A program made the position numbers and the translations under genes. Below the pieces are notes generated by a model that was not told the DNA's origin, made no database searches, and worked only from the letters and a program-made list of their open reading frames with translations. Source: Vulcanimicrobiota bacterium (lineage in GTDB: Bacteria; Vulcanimicrobiota; Xenobia; Xenobiales; JADMJV01). From it: 64,000 nt of DNA. The stretch covers positions 1,956,791 to 2,020,790 of the forward strand of contig JBFWNU010000001.1 in assembly GCA_050250895.1 (NCBI GenBank), given 5' to 3'. Shown here piece after piece: positions 16,604-27,021 of the stretch; the first letter of the stretch is position 1, and every line of letters starts with the position of its first letter.

Positions 16604-19014
16604 CGCGGTAGGATTTCTTGGACGATGTCTTCGCGCTCTTCGAGCGGCGGTGAGGCCGTGACCCGGTTGCGGCCGCCGCGCTTGGAGACATAAAGGGCGT
16701 CGTCGGCGGCCTTGGCCAGGTCTTTCTTGGTGACCGCGTCGGTAGGGAAGCAGGCCATGCCGATGGAGGCCGTGACCACCACTTTGTTGCCGCCGAAGCG
16801 CAGTTGGAACGCCTCGCGGATGCGCTCGCACATCTTGAGGGCGTCGTCCTTGAGCGTCTCGCGCAGGAGCAGGGCGAACTCGTCACCACCATAGCGGCAG
16901 ACGATGTCGGTGCTACGCACTTTGTCCTTGAGCAATACCGCGATCTCTTTGAGCAGGGCGTCGCCCTGAGGGTGGCCCAGGGTGTCGTTGTAAGTCTTGA
17001 AGTTGTCGGTGTCGACCATGACCAGGCAGAAGGGACGATTGTGGCGTTCGCTCCACTCGATCTCGTCCGAGAGCTTCTCTTGGAAGAGGCGGTGGGTGTA
17101 GAGGCCGGTCAAGCCGTCGGTCAGCGCCATCTGCTGGGTCTGTTCGTAGAGGCGAGCGTTCTTGAGGGCCATCGCGGTTTGGTAGGATACCGTCTCGATC
17201 AGGTTGCGATGCTCTTCGGTAAAGGCGTTTTCGCGCGAGGCCCCGACATAGAGGCAACCCAGCACTTCGTCTTCTTTATTGCCGGTCTCGGTGGGCGCCA
17301 GCAAAGGAGCCACCACTACCGAACGTTCGCCCTCGAGCAGGTTTTGAATCTCGTAGTGTTGGGTGTCTTGAATCAGCACCGTGCTGCGATTCTTTTTGGC
17401 CGTGCCCAGCAGGCCCTCGTCGTCACGCAGGGCCAGGTTCTTGACGAAGTGAGCGTAAGGAGTCAGCGAGAATTCGGCCTTCATAGCGTGCTTGTCCTTG
17501 CGATCCTGGGTGAACATGATGACGCTCTGCGAGTCGGGAATCATCTGCTTGAGGCTGTTGGCCACGACCTTCATGGTCTTGGCGGGGTTGAGGGTCTCGC
17601 CCATCTGCTGACCCATCTTTTGCAGCCCCGCCAGTTGGCGGTTCTTGGCTTCGACGGCTTCGCGGATCTTGCGCTCGCGGTCGACCTCGTCTTCTTTCTC
17701 TTCGAACAGCATCGCGGTCTTCACCGAGGGAGCGGCGAAGGCGGCCAGCATCTTGAGCGTGGCCAGATGCTCTTCTTTGTGGGTGCCGGCGCGGATCGAA
17801 CCGACATAGATGACCCCCACGCTCTCGGAGCCCAGCGAGAGGGGCACACACAAAACCGACTTTTCGTCTTTGAAGATTCGCCCCTCCGAGGACGAACTCA
17901 TGTCGCTCACCAGCTTGGGCTTCTGCTGCTCGACCACCTCTTGGATGAGGTCCTCTTCGAGTTTGAGCAGATGCGACATGGCAAGCAGTTCGCGATAGGG
18001 CGTCTCGGCCAGGGCCGGCGAGAGCTGTCCGTCGCGGTTGAGCAAAATTACGCAAGACTGGTAGGGGATTCGCAGGCGGCGGATCATCGAGTGGATGACC
18101 TGCATCGTCTCCTCGAGCTTGGTCGAGGCGCCCAGGTTGGAGGCCATCTGGTACACCGACTCGAGTTCCTTGCCTTTGACCTCGGCCTCCTGGCTGAGAC
18201 GGTCGATGGTTTGCTGAGCCATCTTGGACTGATACTCGGCGCTCTTGAGCTTGGTCTCGAGGGCTTGCTGGTCTTTGACCACCACTTCGTCGATCGAGTA
18301 TCGGAGGGCGCCTTTGATGGCCAGGCCCAGTAGGGAGGCCAGGCTGATGCCGATCACCCCGGCCAGAGCGGTGAAACTAAAACCGGCGCCCAACAGCGCC
18401 AGCACGACCGGCAGGGGCAGAAGAAACCGGTTTTGCGAGAGTACATTCTGCCAGGAATGAACGTCGGCGGGTTCTTCGACGGCCGAGGTGATGGGGTTGA
18501 CCAACAGCTGGTCGATGGCTAGCCAAACGCCGATACCGGCCAGGGCGCCCACCAGCAGAGCCAGGGTGTCCGAGCCAAGGGCTTCGAGCAAGACCACTTT
18601 GACGGCCACCGATACGCCGCCGACCGCCGCCACTCGCAAAGCGTTGATGCCCAAATAGGCGATGCGCGTCTCGATGCTGGCCGGCGGCATGACCAGCCGG
18701 ATCAGGAAGGGGACGATAGCCACCACCAATCCCACGGCGATGGCGCCGACCGGTGAGCCGCTGTGGTGAAAGACTGCGTAGAGATAGGTCGGCAGCGCCA
18801 GGGAAAGGTAGCCGTAGTGGATCAGGGGGGTCGAGAGCAATTCGAAGACCACGGCCAGAACCACCAGTGGAGCCAGGCCCATCAGCAAAGCGCCAGCGGA
18901 CCCGGCCTGGGTGAGACCAATGAACTTGACTACTGCAAAAAGCAGCAGTAGAGCCCCCAGCAGACCTATTCCGCCGGCGGCTGCTCTGGCGTTTGAGTTT
19001 TCTTGTTGGCTCAA
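16600..19014 (-). CDS. Membrane sensor diguanylate cyclase (TM-GAF-GAF-GGDEF)
   Basis: DGLTGL, RSTD I-site, YGGDEF; two GAF-like domains. Confidence 0.92.
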   Translation of the reverse strand: MSQQENSNARAAAGGIGLLGALLLLFAVVKFIGLTQAGSAGALLMGLAPLVVLAVVFELLSTPLIHYGYLSLALPTYLYAVFHHSGSPVGAIAVGLVVAIVPFLIRLVMPPASIETRIAYLGINALRVAAVGGVSVAVKVVLLEALGSDTLALLVGALAGIGVWLAIDQLLVNPITSAVEEPADVHSWQNVLSQNRFLLPLPVVLALLGAGFSFTALAGVIGISLASLLGLAIKGALRYSIDEVVVKDQQALETKLKSAEYQSKMAQQTIDRLSQEAEVKGKELESVYQMASNLGASTKLEETMQVIHSMIRRLRIPYQSCVILLNRDGQLSPALAETPYRELLAMSHLLKLEEDLIQEVVEQQKPKLVSDMSSSSEGRIFKDEKSVLCVPLSLGSESVGVIYVGSIRAGTHKEEHLATLKMLAAFAAPSVKTAMLFEEKEDEVDRERKIREAVEAKNRQLAGLQKMGQQMGETLNPAKTMKVVANSLKQMIPDSQSVIMFTQDRKDKHAMKAEFSLTPYAHFVKNLALRDDEGLLGTAKKNRSTVLIQDTQHYEIQNLLEGERSVVVAPLLAPTETGNKEDEVLGCLYVGASRENAFTEEHRNLIETVSYQTAMALKNARLYEQTQQMALTDGLTGLYTHRLFQEKLSDEIEWSERHNRPFCLVMVDTDNFKTYNDTLGHPQGDALLKEIAVLLKDKVRSTDIVCRYGGDEFALLLRETLKDDALKMCERIREAFQLRFGGNKVVVTASIGMACFPTDAVTKKDLAKAADDALYVSKRGGRNRVTASPPLEEREDIVQEILPR

Positions 19015-19018
19015 CGGT

Positions 19019-20083
19019 TCACCACGTAACTGACCGAATGTCAGGCTCCCTAATAGAGTTCCCTAGCTCGCTGGCACTTCCCTTCCGGGTTGCGTTACCC
19101 GACGAAAAATGTTGGGTTACTCCCTCGGCAGAAGTGGTGACGACGAGGCGCACCGGGTAGCTGGAGGCTCCTTCAGGCAGAGTCAGCAGCTCCAGGGTCG
19201 ACTCACCGGGTGGCACGATCCACTCTCCTAGTAGGGCGAGTTTGTGGGCCAGGGTGTTGGCTACCTCCAGCAAGCGAGTCCCGTCCCAAAACGTGGCCGT
19301 GGCTTCGCCTCCACGGGGATTGACCTCGATGCGCAGCCGGGCTGGCCGCGAGGTGTCGTTCTGGAGGTGGAGCCGGATGCGATAGAGCACTCCGTAGTCG
19401 CCGCGTAGTTCGGTGGTTTCCCACAGGTTGGCCTGGCGCACAGCCCCAAAGGCTATGTTGAGGGCGGGGTCACCCAGCCGATAGCCTCGCTCGATACGCT
19501 GGTCGGCTACGGGATAGATACCGCGGGCGTGCACGTCTTTAGGGTCGCTTTGCAGGCTCATGCCGACCTGTTCGCCCGGATGGGACAGGGCGAACAGCCC
19601 GAAGATCAACGGAGGCCCGTCAAGCTGCAAGAGTTGGGCCGTCCCGCTGACAACCTTTTCGCTAGGGAAAGGGTGGTCGGCCAGTTCCAGCCAGCTTCCC
19701 GGCTCGATTTGCCGAGGCTCCAGGTAGCCGGTGGCCAGGTTGGTCAAGAAGCGGACGTTGTTGCGGTGGCCAGCCAGGAAATAGTCCTCGGAGGGTCCGC
19801 CCGAGCCGCTTACCAGACTCAGGCTCGCTTGGCCCGGGCCCGGGTTGTAGACCCGCAGGCTCAGGCGTGCCGGCTCCGGCATCTTGCTCAGGTGATAGTA
19901 TTGAAAGCGGAGCGGCTTGAGGGGGACCAGTCCGCCGCTGTAAAGCTGGCCGGCCTGGTGGACCGTCTCGGGATGATCGCTGAAGGCCAACGCCTGGACA
20001 GGAAGACGAGGCAGCTCCTGGGCCTCCACCATGGTCGCCAGGGCGACCAGCCAGAGCAGGCTAAGACTTAGGAGCCAGCGCAT
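19019..20083 (-). CDS. Conserved hypothetical exported protein
   Basis: Signal peptide; FSDHPE, HARG.Y, GDYGVLY and NPRGG segments look conserved. Confidence 0.75.
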   Translation of the reverse strand: MRWLLSLSLLWLVALATMVEAQELPRLPVQALAFSDHPETVHQAGQLYSGGLVPLKPLRFQYYHLSKMPEPARLSLRVYNPGPGQASLSLVSGSGGPSEDYFLAGHRNNVRFLTNLATGYLEPRQIEPGSWLELADHPFPSEKVVSGTAQLLQLDGPPLIFGLFALSHPGEQVGMSLQSDPKDVHARGIYPVADQRIERGYRLGDPALNIAFGAVRQANLWETTELRGDYGVLYRIRLHLQNDTSRPARLRIEVNPRGGEATATFWDGTRLLEVANTLAHKLALLGEWIVPPGESTLELLTLPEGASSYPVRLVVTTSAEGVTQHFSSGNATRKGSASELGNSIREPDIRSVTW

Positions 20084-21053
20084 CGAGCGTCTTCACGACC
20101 TGGGACATGCTTTTAGCCTCGATAATCTCGATCGGCAGCTGCACCGAGCGCGCCTCGACCAGGTTCTCGCTAGGGCAAAGAAAGTGGGTGGCCCCGGCCC
20201 GATGAGCGGCGACCACCTTGAGGTCGACCCCGCTGACCGGACCGATCTGGCCGCGGGGGCCGATGGTGCCTGTGCCCGCGATGCGATAGCCGCGGGTCAG
20301 GTCTTCTTTCGTGAGCTGGTTATAGATTTCCAGCGAGAACATCAGGCCGGCCGACGCTCCGCTGATATTGCCTGGCTTGATTTCGATGTCGACCGGCAGG
20401 CGGGGGGCGTCGAGTTCGGTCTTGATCTGGACTCCGATCAGCCGCCTCCCGCCCTTCTGATAGGTCGGCACCTCGGTCGCCGCCTGCTCGCCGTCACGCA
20501 CGAATTGGACCGGCAGGTTACTGGACGTATCGGACTGTAAGGCCTGCACGAGTTCCTCGGCGGTGCGGACCTGCTTGCCTCCGGCCGAGGTGATGATGTC
20601 GCCCGCCTCGAGCTTGCCCTGGGCGGGACTTTCGGGCAGGACCGAGAGAATTCTGGCCCCGCTGGGCCGAGGGGACACGCTGTACCCAGCCATTTCGAGG
20701 GCGGCCCACTTGGCCAGAAACTGGCTGACCTCCATTTGCTGGTCGCCAGCGTCAGCGCTCTCGCGGGCTTCGCCGCTGGGCACCAGTTCGGCGAAAGGGT
20801 CGATGGCCGCGTAGAGACAGTAAAGCAGATTGGCGCGGTCGTAAATGACGGTCGTGAGCAAGAACTGGCCCTGGGCGGGATAGGTTGTGGCCTGACGAAT
20901 GGAGACCATCGAGTGGACTTCGCTGGCTCGACCTGGGGCTCTCAAGACATAGGGCGTGTCGATGAAATGCGCCGCCAGTCCTAACAGGGTAGCCAGTAGC
21001 ACCCCGTGGAAGACCCTCGTCAACAAGCTGCGTTGTTTGAGAAATTCGGTCAA
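20061..21053 (-). CDS. PDZ/Lon-like S16 protease (YlbL family)
   Basis: ISGASAGLMFSL, IAGTGTI and GV.LKV Lon-C motifs plus a PDZ domain. Confidence 0.88.
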   Translation of the reverse strand: MTEFLKQRSLLTRVFHGVLLATLLGLAAHFIDTPYVLRAPGRASEVHSMVSIRQATTYPAQGQFLLTTVIYDRANLLYCLYAAIDPFAELVPSGEARESADAGDQQMEVSQFLAKWAALEMAGYSVSPRPSGARILSVLPESPAQGKLEAGDIITSAGGKQVRTAEELVQALQSDTSSNLPVQFVRDGEQAATEVPTYQKGGRRLIGVQIKTELDAPRLPVDIEIKPGNISGASAGLMFSLEIYNQLTKEDLTRGYRIAGTGTIGPRGQIGPVSGVDLKVVAAHRAGATHFLCPSENLVEARSVQLPIEIIEAKSMSQVVKTLDALAPKS

Positions 21054-21116
21054 TCAGCCTCGCGTAGGACGCGCTACACCCCTGCGATGCTTCGACGATG
21101 ACGAAGCGAAACCCCT

Positions 21117-21701
21117 CTAGGCGGGGGTGTCGCCGAGCGATTCCTGACCCTGCTTGACGATGGAAAGAATCTTGGAGAGTTCGTTTTCCATCCCGCCCAG
21201 AATCTTCATCGCGTAGCGGTCCGCCTCTTCCCGGGTCCGGCGGGCGAAACGTTCTGCTTCGTTACGAGTTCTGGAGGCATATTCGTCGGCCTCACGACGG
21301 ACTTTATCAGCTTCGGTTTCGGCCAGGGTCATGATTTGTTCGGCTTCTCGCTGAGCCTTGATAAGGATCTCTTCTTTTTGGACCCGTCGCATCGTCTCGG
21401 CTTCAGCCTCTTTGAGGATGTCGCGAGCTTTGGTCTGAGCCTCACGCATGACGCGCTCGGCCTTACTGGTAGACTCAACGGCGATGCGCTTTGTTTCTCG
21501 CGAAATCCAGCGGGCCTGGTGGACCTCTTCAGGAATCGTTTCACGGGTGCGTTCGAGTAGTCGTAGCAACTTTTCTTTGTTGATCAAAGAGCGGTTCTGC
21601 ATGGGCCAGGGTAGAGGTTTGCTCTCGGAGACGGCCTCTTCGAGGCTATCTAGGACTGCAAAAACGCTGGTGAGTTGTTCTTGGGTGCGGGGGTCAGTCA
21701 C
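21117..21701 (-). CDS. Coiled-coil protein commonly downstream of coaD (DivIVA/ATPase-b-like)
   Basis: LD.LEE.V..S..LP...IPEEV.QA.W motif; EA..YA repeats; GTG at 21701. Confidence 0.75.
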   Translation of the reverse strand: MTDPRTQEQLTSVFAVLDSLEEAVSESKPLPWPMQNRSLINKEKLLRLLERTRETIPEEVHQARWISRETKRIAVESTSKAERVMREAQTKARDILKEAEAETMRRVQKEEILIKAQREAEQIMTLAETEADKVRREADEYASRTRNEAERFARRTREEADRYAMKILGGMENELSKILSIVKQGQESLGDTPA

Positions 21702-22227
21702 GGTCGACCTTCTGTCCTCTCTCTGGTTTGGTGGAGAAACCGTATTTCTCTTGTAGGCGGCGGTGGACGCAGGGGGGGACCATCGTCTGGACCTGGCCAC
21801 CCAGGGATGCGATCTCTTTGACCGAGCTGGAACTCAAGAAGGCGTGCTGGACCGACGTCATCAGAAACACGGTATCGACATCGGGTGCCATGTCTCGGTT
21901 AAGCATCGCCATCTGGAATTCGAATTCGAAGTCGGAAAGGGCTCTCAGGCCCTTGACGATGAGCTGGGCTTGACTCTGGTGGACGAAGTCCACCAACAGC
22001 CCGGTGAAGGAGTCGGTTCTGACCCCGTCGAGATTGCCCAGCGATTGCTCGATCATCACCTGGCGCTCTTCGATGGTGAAGAGCGGCTCTTTGTTGGGAT
22101 TGCGAACGACGGCCACGATCAACTCGTCGACCAGGGGGCGGGCCCGCTGGATGACATCGATATGACCGTTGGTGACAGGGTCGAAGCTGCCGGGGTAGAC
22201 TGCCCTTCGCAATTGAAAATCCCTCAA
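21694..22227 (-). CDS. coaD: Phosphopantetheine adenylyltransferase
   Basis: YPGSFDPVTNGH, KGLRALSDFEFE, LSSSSVKE. Confidence 0.96.
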   Translation of the reverse strand: MRDFQLRRAVYPGSFDPVTNGHIDVIQRARPLVDELIVAVVRNPNKEPLFTIEERQVMIEQSLGNLDGVRTDSFTGLLVDFVHQSQAQLIVKGLRALSDFEFEFQMAMLNRDMAPDVDTVFLMTSVQHAFLSSSSVKEIASLGGQVQTMVPPCVHRRLQEKYGFSTKPERGQKVDRD

Positions 22228-22246
22228 TGTGATCTAGAAAAAAATT

Positions 22247-23566
22247 CTACACGCTGAGGGAAGTTCCTTCTCGTAGGAGGGAGCCATCGGGCACGAGCCT
22301 CGGCTCGGAGGTGGGGTTGTCCAGCTCGACCCGGCCTTCCACGGTGACCTGGCGCCCGAAGCGAAAGGGTCCGTTGATGGTGAGTTGGCGACAATTGAGC
22401 AGCGACGGTGGATGAGGAATGAGCTCTTCGAGCTGGGCGATGGTCTGATAATGACGGGGGTCGAGCGCCACTTCGGGCAGTTCGGCAGAACTCGCTTCAA
22501 AGTGAGAATCGTCGCCGAGGTGATAAGCATCGGAGCGCACCACCAACAGGTCGGCGGTGGTCTTGACCGGGGCGAAGCGAGTGCGCGGCACCTCGAGGGC
22601 CAGGGCGCCGGCAAGGCTGCCGATGGCGGCCCCCATGGCGGTTTCGAGTTGAATGACCATCTCCGAGTCGGGTTCGTCCGGCTTGACCGGTTTGCGATTG
22701 ACGATCAAAGGCAGGGTCGGGGTCGTGTGGGCGATGGCTTCCAGGTCGAGCCAGAGATTGTTGGTGTTGAAGTAGCGGTGGCGACGGATGTCTTGAAAGG
22801 ACTGGCGGTCCTGGTCGGGGCACTGGGCCAGCTCTCTTAGGATGAGCGACCCCTGGCGGCGGGCCAGGTGGCCGCCTTTGCGGTCCGACGGCGTGCGGCG
22901 AGTCACCTCCATGAGAAAAGGAGCGCCGGTGGCCACGAACCAGGCCAGGATGCGGGCGTCGAGGGTGGCGCCGAGGTTGTCGATATTAGAGACGAAAGCG
23001 TAGCGGCGCCCGGCCGCCAGCAGTTGCTCAAGCAGGCCCGAATCTTTCAGCGACGGATACAGGTCGCCGTGGCCCGGGGGGCACCACTCGTAGTGCGATT
23101 CGGGGTGCTCGGCCGGGGTCAGGTCGGGTCGAATCTTGGGGGTCTGGGATTGCAGAAACTCGAGCGGCAGGTCCTGCTCGAGCTGGTGCCTCTCTAATCG
23201 GGCCAAGCTCTCCTGGCTGGTGTTGAAGCTGTTCATCAGCACCAGGGGGACGCCCACAGGTTGCACCTGTTTGACCACGATGTCGAGAAAGCTCAGGCCC
23301 GGACGAACCTCGATCAGGCTCTTCGGCCCGTTGAGGCCCATGCTGGTACCGAGTCCTCCGTTGAGCTTGATCACTACCGCCTGCCCCAGAGGGGCGGTGT
23401 CGGCGGGCAGCTCTTCTAAGGAGGGAACACTCTCCACCGGCTCGATGTCGGACTCGGCCAACCAGCCTTGTTCGCCCTGTTCAAATCGCTTGAGGTTGGC
23501 CAGAAAACGAGCTATCTGAGCGGGGGTCGAGCCCGCTCTCTCCATCTTTTCTCGAAAGGCTTGCAA
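22247..23566 (-). CDS. UTP--glucose-1-phosphate uridylyltransferase (UDPGP/eukaryote-type family)
   Basis: KLNGGLGTSMG..GPKS, WCPPGHGD, SNIDNLGA, FNTNNLW, LETAMG, RFAPVK; start approximate. Confidence 0.9.
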   Translation of the reverse strand: MQAFREKMERAGSTPAQIARFLANLKRFEQGEQGWLAESDIEPVESVPSLEELPADTAPLGQAVVIKLNGGLGTSMGLNGPKSLIEVRPGLSFLDIVVKQVQPVGVPLVLMNSFNTSQESLARLERHQLEQDLPLEFLQSQTPKIRPDLTPAEHPESHYEWCPPGHGDLYPSLKDSGLLEQLLAAGRRYAFVSNIDNLGATLDARILAWFVATGAPFLMEVTRRTPSDRKGGHLARRQGSLILRELAQCPDQDRQSFQDIRRHRYFNTNNLWLDLEAIAHTTPTLPLIVNRKPVKPDEPDSEMVIQLETAMGAAIGSLAGALALEVPRTRFAPVKTTADLLVVRSDAYHLGDDSHFEASSAELPEVALDPRHYQTIAQLEELIPHPPSLLNCRQLTINGPFRFGRQVTVEGRVELDNPTSEPRLVPDGSLLREGTSLSV

Positions 23567-23568
23567 CT

Positions 23569-24228
23569 TTAGTTGTAGTTGAACTTCAGCTCGTAAGAGA
23601 TGCGAGTCCACTGGCCATCCAGCAAGATCTCTCCGCGGCTGCCAACGCCGTTGACGATGGGAGCGCCATAGCCATAGCCGGCATAACCCGGGTAGTTATA
23701 GTTGGGGGCGGCGGCCTCGTTTTCGAAAAGCTTGAACTCGACGGTGCGACTCTGGCCCGGAGCCAATGACCCCACCGGACGTGCCACGGCCGAGACTTCC
23801 TGCAGGGTCGAGTCTTTGAAGATGCAGATCGCTTCGACATCGTTGGCCTGGGTGCTACCCCGGTTGATAACCGTGGCCAGGACCCGAGCGTTGGTGCCGG
23901 TGGTGTATTTCTTTTCCCAGACGACCTTGAGGTAGGGGCGATCGGCCTGGGGGGGCAAGACCTGACTGGGGCTGGCTGCCGAGGGGTCGGGGGCGCCCAC
24001 CACCACCGACGCGGTGCGGTTGGCTTCGTCGTAACGGTACTGGCCGTTGGTTGCGCTGGCCACATCTTCCAGGGGAACATAGATGCGACCTTTGTACCAC
24101 AAGGCTTTGCCCGTGACCCGATAGCCGTTGACGAAGACCGTCAGAGCCTCGGGCGCTTTGGCCAGGACCGGCAGGGCGGCCACCATGAAGACGGCCAGCA
24201 GCAAGCCGATGCGAGTCTTTCTGTTCAC
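23569..24228 (-). CDS. Exported protein (copper amine oxidase N-terminal-like plus FxLYD/CARDB-like domain)
   Basis: Signal peptide; GRIYVPLEDVA; V.N.G...A..VE...F.D...L.PGQSR.VEF. Confidence 0.65.
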   Translation of the reverse strand: MNRKTRIGLLLAVFMVAALPVLAKAPEALTVFVNGYRVTGKALWYKGRIYVPLEDVASATNGQYRYDEANRTASVVVGAPDPSAASPSQVLPPQADRPYLKVVWEKKYTTGTNARVLATVINRGSTQANDVEAICIFKDSTLQEVSAVARPVGSLAPGQSRTVEFKLFENEAAAPNYNYPGYAGYGYGAPIVNGVGSRGEILLDGQWTRISYELKFNYN

Positions 24229-24367
24229 GATCTCAACTCCTTAAAGGCTTTGTCTATATTATATTGAGCGATCGCCAGAAAGATCAAACGCGCAATGTTA
24301 AAAGCCTGCGTTTAACTTACCGATTTCTTAGGGGGCACAGAGGAAAACTTGAAGGATATTCTATTTC

Positions 24368-25846
24368 TTGGACGAAGCCAAATCTGCTATGTCGAAAAAG
24401 GTCTTGGGCGGACGATTCCAACTAGAAGGTAAGCTCGGCGAAGGGGGCATGGGCTCGGTATACCGCGCCCTCGATCTTGTCTCGCGGAAGTCGGTGGCTA
24501 TTAAGATCCTCAGGCGTGACCTCAGCGAGTCGCGCCACGCCAGGCGGCGCTTTGCCCGCGAAGCGCGGGCGGCACGAATGTTGAACCATCCTGGCATCGT
24601 CAAAGTTCTGAAGTTCTGCGACGAAAGTCGCCCTTATATCGTGATGGAACTCGTCGACGGCGTCTCTATGCGTCGCTTTGTGCGGCGCGAGAAGCCCGAC
24701 GCGGTTCGCCTGCTCGGGCTGGTCGAAGACCTATGCGACGCGCTGGCCCATGCTCACGACCGCGGGGTCGTACATCGCGACATGAAGCCCGACAATATCG
24801 TGGTGGCCAAAGACGACAACGTAAAAGTGCTCGATTTTGGTCTGGCCCGGGTTCGCCTGCCCGAGATTTCGCACCTTACGCGTTCTGGTTCGGCCCTGGG
24901 CACCTGTAGTTACATGGCTCCCGAGCAGGCTTCGGGCCGGCCGGCGGATGAACGTAGCGACCTCTACTCGATGGGGGTCATTCTCTATGAGGCGTTGTGC
25001 GGACGCACGCCCTTCACTGCCGACGACCCGGCCTCGATTCTTTACATGCATGTGCACGAAGAACCCAAGCCGCCGCGTATGCACAATCCGGATATTCATC
25101 CGGAGGTCGAACGCTTGATCCTCGACCTGATGTCGAAAGATCCTGACAACCGACCGGCCAACGCCCGCGCCCTGAAGCAGCGGGTTGTTTCGTTACGCAA
25201 GACTTTGCGCGGCGAGTCGGACGGGTCCGAGCCGGCGCGGGTGGAAGAGCCGGTGGTTCGGGGTGGAGTTGGTTTGCCGCAGGCTCTACCAGACGCAATT
25301 CCGTTCGAGCCGTCCGATGGCGATCCGGTGAGCGTGTTGGCTGCCGATGTGCCCGGCTTTGCCATGTTGACTCGAGGGCGCAACCCCCTCGAGGCTACCG
25401 AACTCGAGTCTCAGCTGGTCGAAGAACTGGAGGGATCGATTCGTTCCTTTGACGGGCGCGTGCTCGATCGCTACGGCACGCGGGTGGTGGCGGCGTTCTG
25501 CGGCCAGGGGCACGGCACCCGGGCGGTCAACTCGGTGCAAGCGATGCGGACGCGGATCATGGCGGTGATGAGCCGCTATAGCTTCCAGGCCACTCCGGTG
25601 GTGTCGGCTGGCGTCTTTGCTGGCGAGATTCCCAACCGGGCTCCCGGCGACTCGTGGGAAGAGGTGGCCAAGCAAGAGTTGATGCACGGAGCCTCTCGTC
25701 TCGAGCGTTTGTCGCGCAAGTTGCCCGACGACACTCTGGTCAGTGAAGATTGCGTGGCCGATGGGGTGCCTGTCGAGCCTTTGCGCTCGCTGTTCGTGCG
25801 CGGGCGACGAGAGCCTATCAAGGTTTTTCGCGTGCTGTCGGCCTAG
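24368..25846 (+). CDS. Hanks-type Ser/Thr kinase with C-terminal degenerate class III cyclase-like domain
   Basis: LGEGGMG, HRDMKPDN, DFG, YMAPE; C-terminal VLAADVPGFA...VRGRREPI; start probably 24389. Confidence 0.88.
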   Translation: MDEAKSAMSKKVLGGRFQLEGKLGEGGMGSVYRALDLVSRKSVAIKILRRDLSESRHARRRFAREARAARMLNHPGIVKVLKFCDESRPYIVMELVDGVSMRRFVRREKPDAVRLLGLVEDLCDALAHAHDRGVVHRDMKPDNIVVAKDDNVKVLDFGLARVRLPEISHLTRSGSALGTCSYMAPEQASGRPADERSDLYSMGVILYEALCGRTPFTADDPASILYMHVHEEPKPPRMHNPDIHPEVERLILDLMSKDPDNRPANARALKQRVVSLRKTLRGESDGSEPARVEEPVVRGGVGLPQALPDAIPFEPSDGDPVSVLAADVPGFAMLTRGRNPLEATELESQLVEELEGSIRSFDGRVLDRYGTRVVAAFCGQGHGTRAVNSVQAMRTRIMAVMSRYSFQATPVVSAGVFAGEIPNRAPGDSWEEVAKQELMHGASRLERLSRKLPDDTLVSEDCVADGVPVEPLRSLFVRGRREPIKVFRVLSA

Positions 25847-25896
25847 TCGCCATGGGCCGCGTTGACAAGGCTGTTCGAGCCGGGTAACCTGTTCTT

Positions 25897-26334
25897 GTGG
25901 AAGTCTTCTTGTTGCGGATTTTTCCCGTTCTTCTTTTTTTGGGGGGGGTCGTCTTCGTTCCCGTCGAGATCCGCAACTTCGCCCGCGAGAAGGCTCAAGG
26001 CCAAGCCCGCCCGGTCAAACTGATTCGTCGTCTACTGGGGGCCGTGGTGCTGGCCGGTCTGGCAGCCATGGTCTTTTTCGGCGAACTGCCCAAAGACGCC
26101 CACCAGGATGCGGCCGCCACCATGGCCCAGTTTCAGTATTGGTTGAGCGTGTTGGGTCTGGCCATCTTCCTGGGTTGCCTGGCCGTCTGGGATGCCCTCG
26201 ACGGCTTTCGCCACCTGCGCGGCTACCTGGCTCGGGTCGAGTCGGAGGAGATCGAGCAACTACACCGCCAACTCGGAAAGTCAGGAGCCCAGCTCAAGGC
26301 CCAGGCCAACGGCAAGCCCAGTGACTCGGATTAA
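25897..26334 (+). CDS. Hypothetical membrane protein
   Basis: Three TM segments; TTGACA-17-TAACCT promoter ends 6 nt before the GTG. Confidence 0.7.
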   Translation: MEVFLLRIFPVLLFLGGVVFVPVEIRNFAREKAQGQARPVKLIRRLLGAVVLAGLAAMVFFGELPKDAHQDAAATMAQFQYWLSVLGLAIFLGCLAVWDALDGFRHLRGYLARVESEEIEQLHRQLGKSGAQLKAQANGKPSDSD

Positions 26335-26947
26335 GATCTGTGGCTTGACCCGTCCCCAAGATGTGGATCGGGCTGTCGATTTGGGAGCGGATTGCATCGG
26401 GTTTGTGCTGGCCGAGAGTTCGCGCCAGATAGACCTGCCAACCCTGGCCGCTTTGACCCGGCGAATCCCACCGCCGATTGCCCGCATCGCGGTCATGGTC
26501 GACCCCAGCCCGGCAGAGGTGCAAAAGGCTCTGGAGTTGGTCGACTGGGTTCAGCTTCACGGCCGCGAGACTCCTGAATTTTGCGGGCGTTTTCCTGGTC
26601 GGTTGCTCAAGGCGTTTCGGGTGCGTCAGCCCGACGACCTCGAGGTGGGCGAATATGCCGAAGTGGTCTCGGCCTATCTTTTTGACGCCTATCACCCGCG
26701 CCTGGCCGGAGGAACCGGCGAGCGCTTCAACTGGGAGTGGCTGCAGGGCCGCCAGTTCGCCAGGCGTTTCTTTCTGTCGGGCGGATTGACCCCGGCCAAC
26801 GTGGGTCAGGCCATCGAAGAGGTGTGTCCGTGGGGAGTCGACGTCTCGAGCGGAGTGGAGAGCGACCGCGGCATCAAAGACCCGAGCTTTATGGCCGACT
26901 TTATCAACCAGGCCAGGCTGGCCGCGGGTTTCTCGCCCCGTTCCTGA
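26321..26947 (+). CDS. trpF: Phosphoribosylanthranilate isomerase
   Basis: RIKICGLT, VQLHG.E, GGTG..FNW, LSGGL...NV, GVDVSSGVE; GTG at 26321. Confidence 0.95.
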   Translation: MTRIKICGLTRPQDVDRAVDLGADCIGFVLAESSRQIDLPTLAALTRRIPPPIARIAVMVDPSPAEVQKALELVDWVQLHGRETPEFCGRFPGRLLKAFRVRQPDDLEVGEYAEVVSAYLFDAYHPRLAGGTGERFNWEWLQGRQFARRFFLSGGLTPANVGQAIEEVCPWGVDVSSGVESDRGIKDPSFMADFINQARLAAGFSPRS

Positions 26948-27021
26948 GTAACTGACCGACTCTCTCAAGTCTCAGCAGGCTGCCGGCCAGGTCGAGTCGC
27001 AGGGTTGCTTCCCTCCGCACC

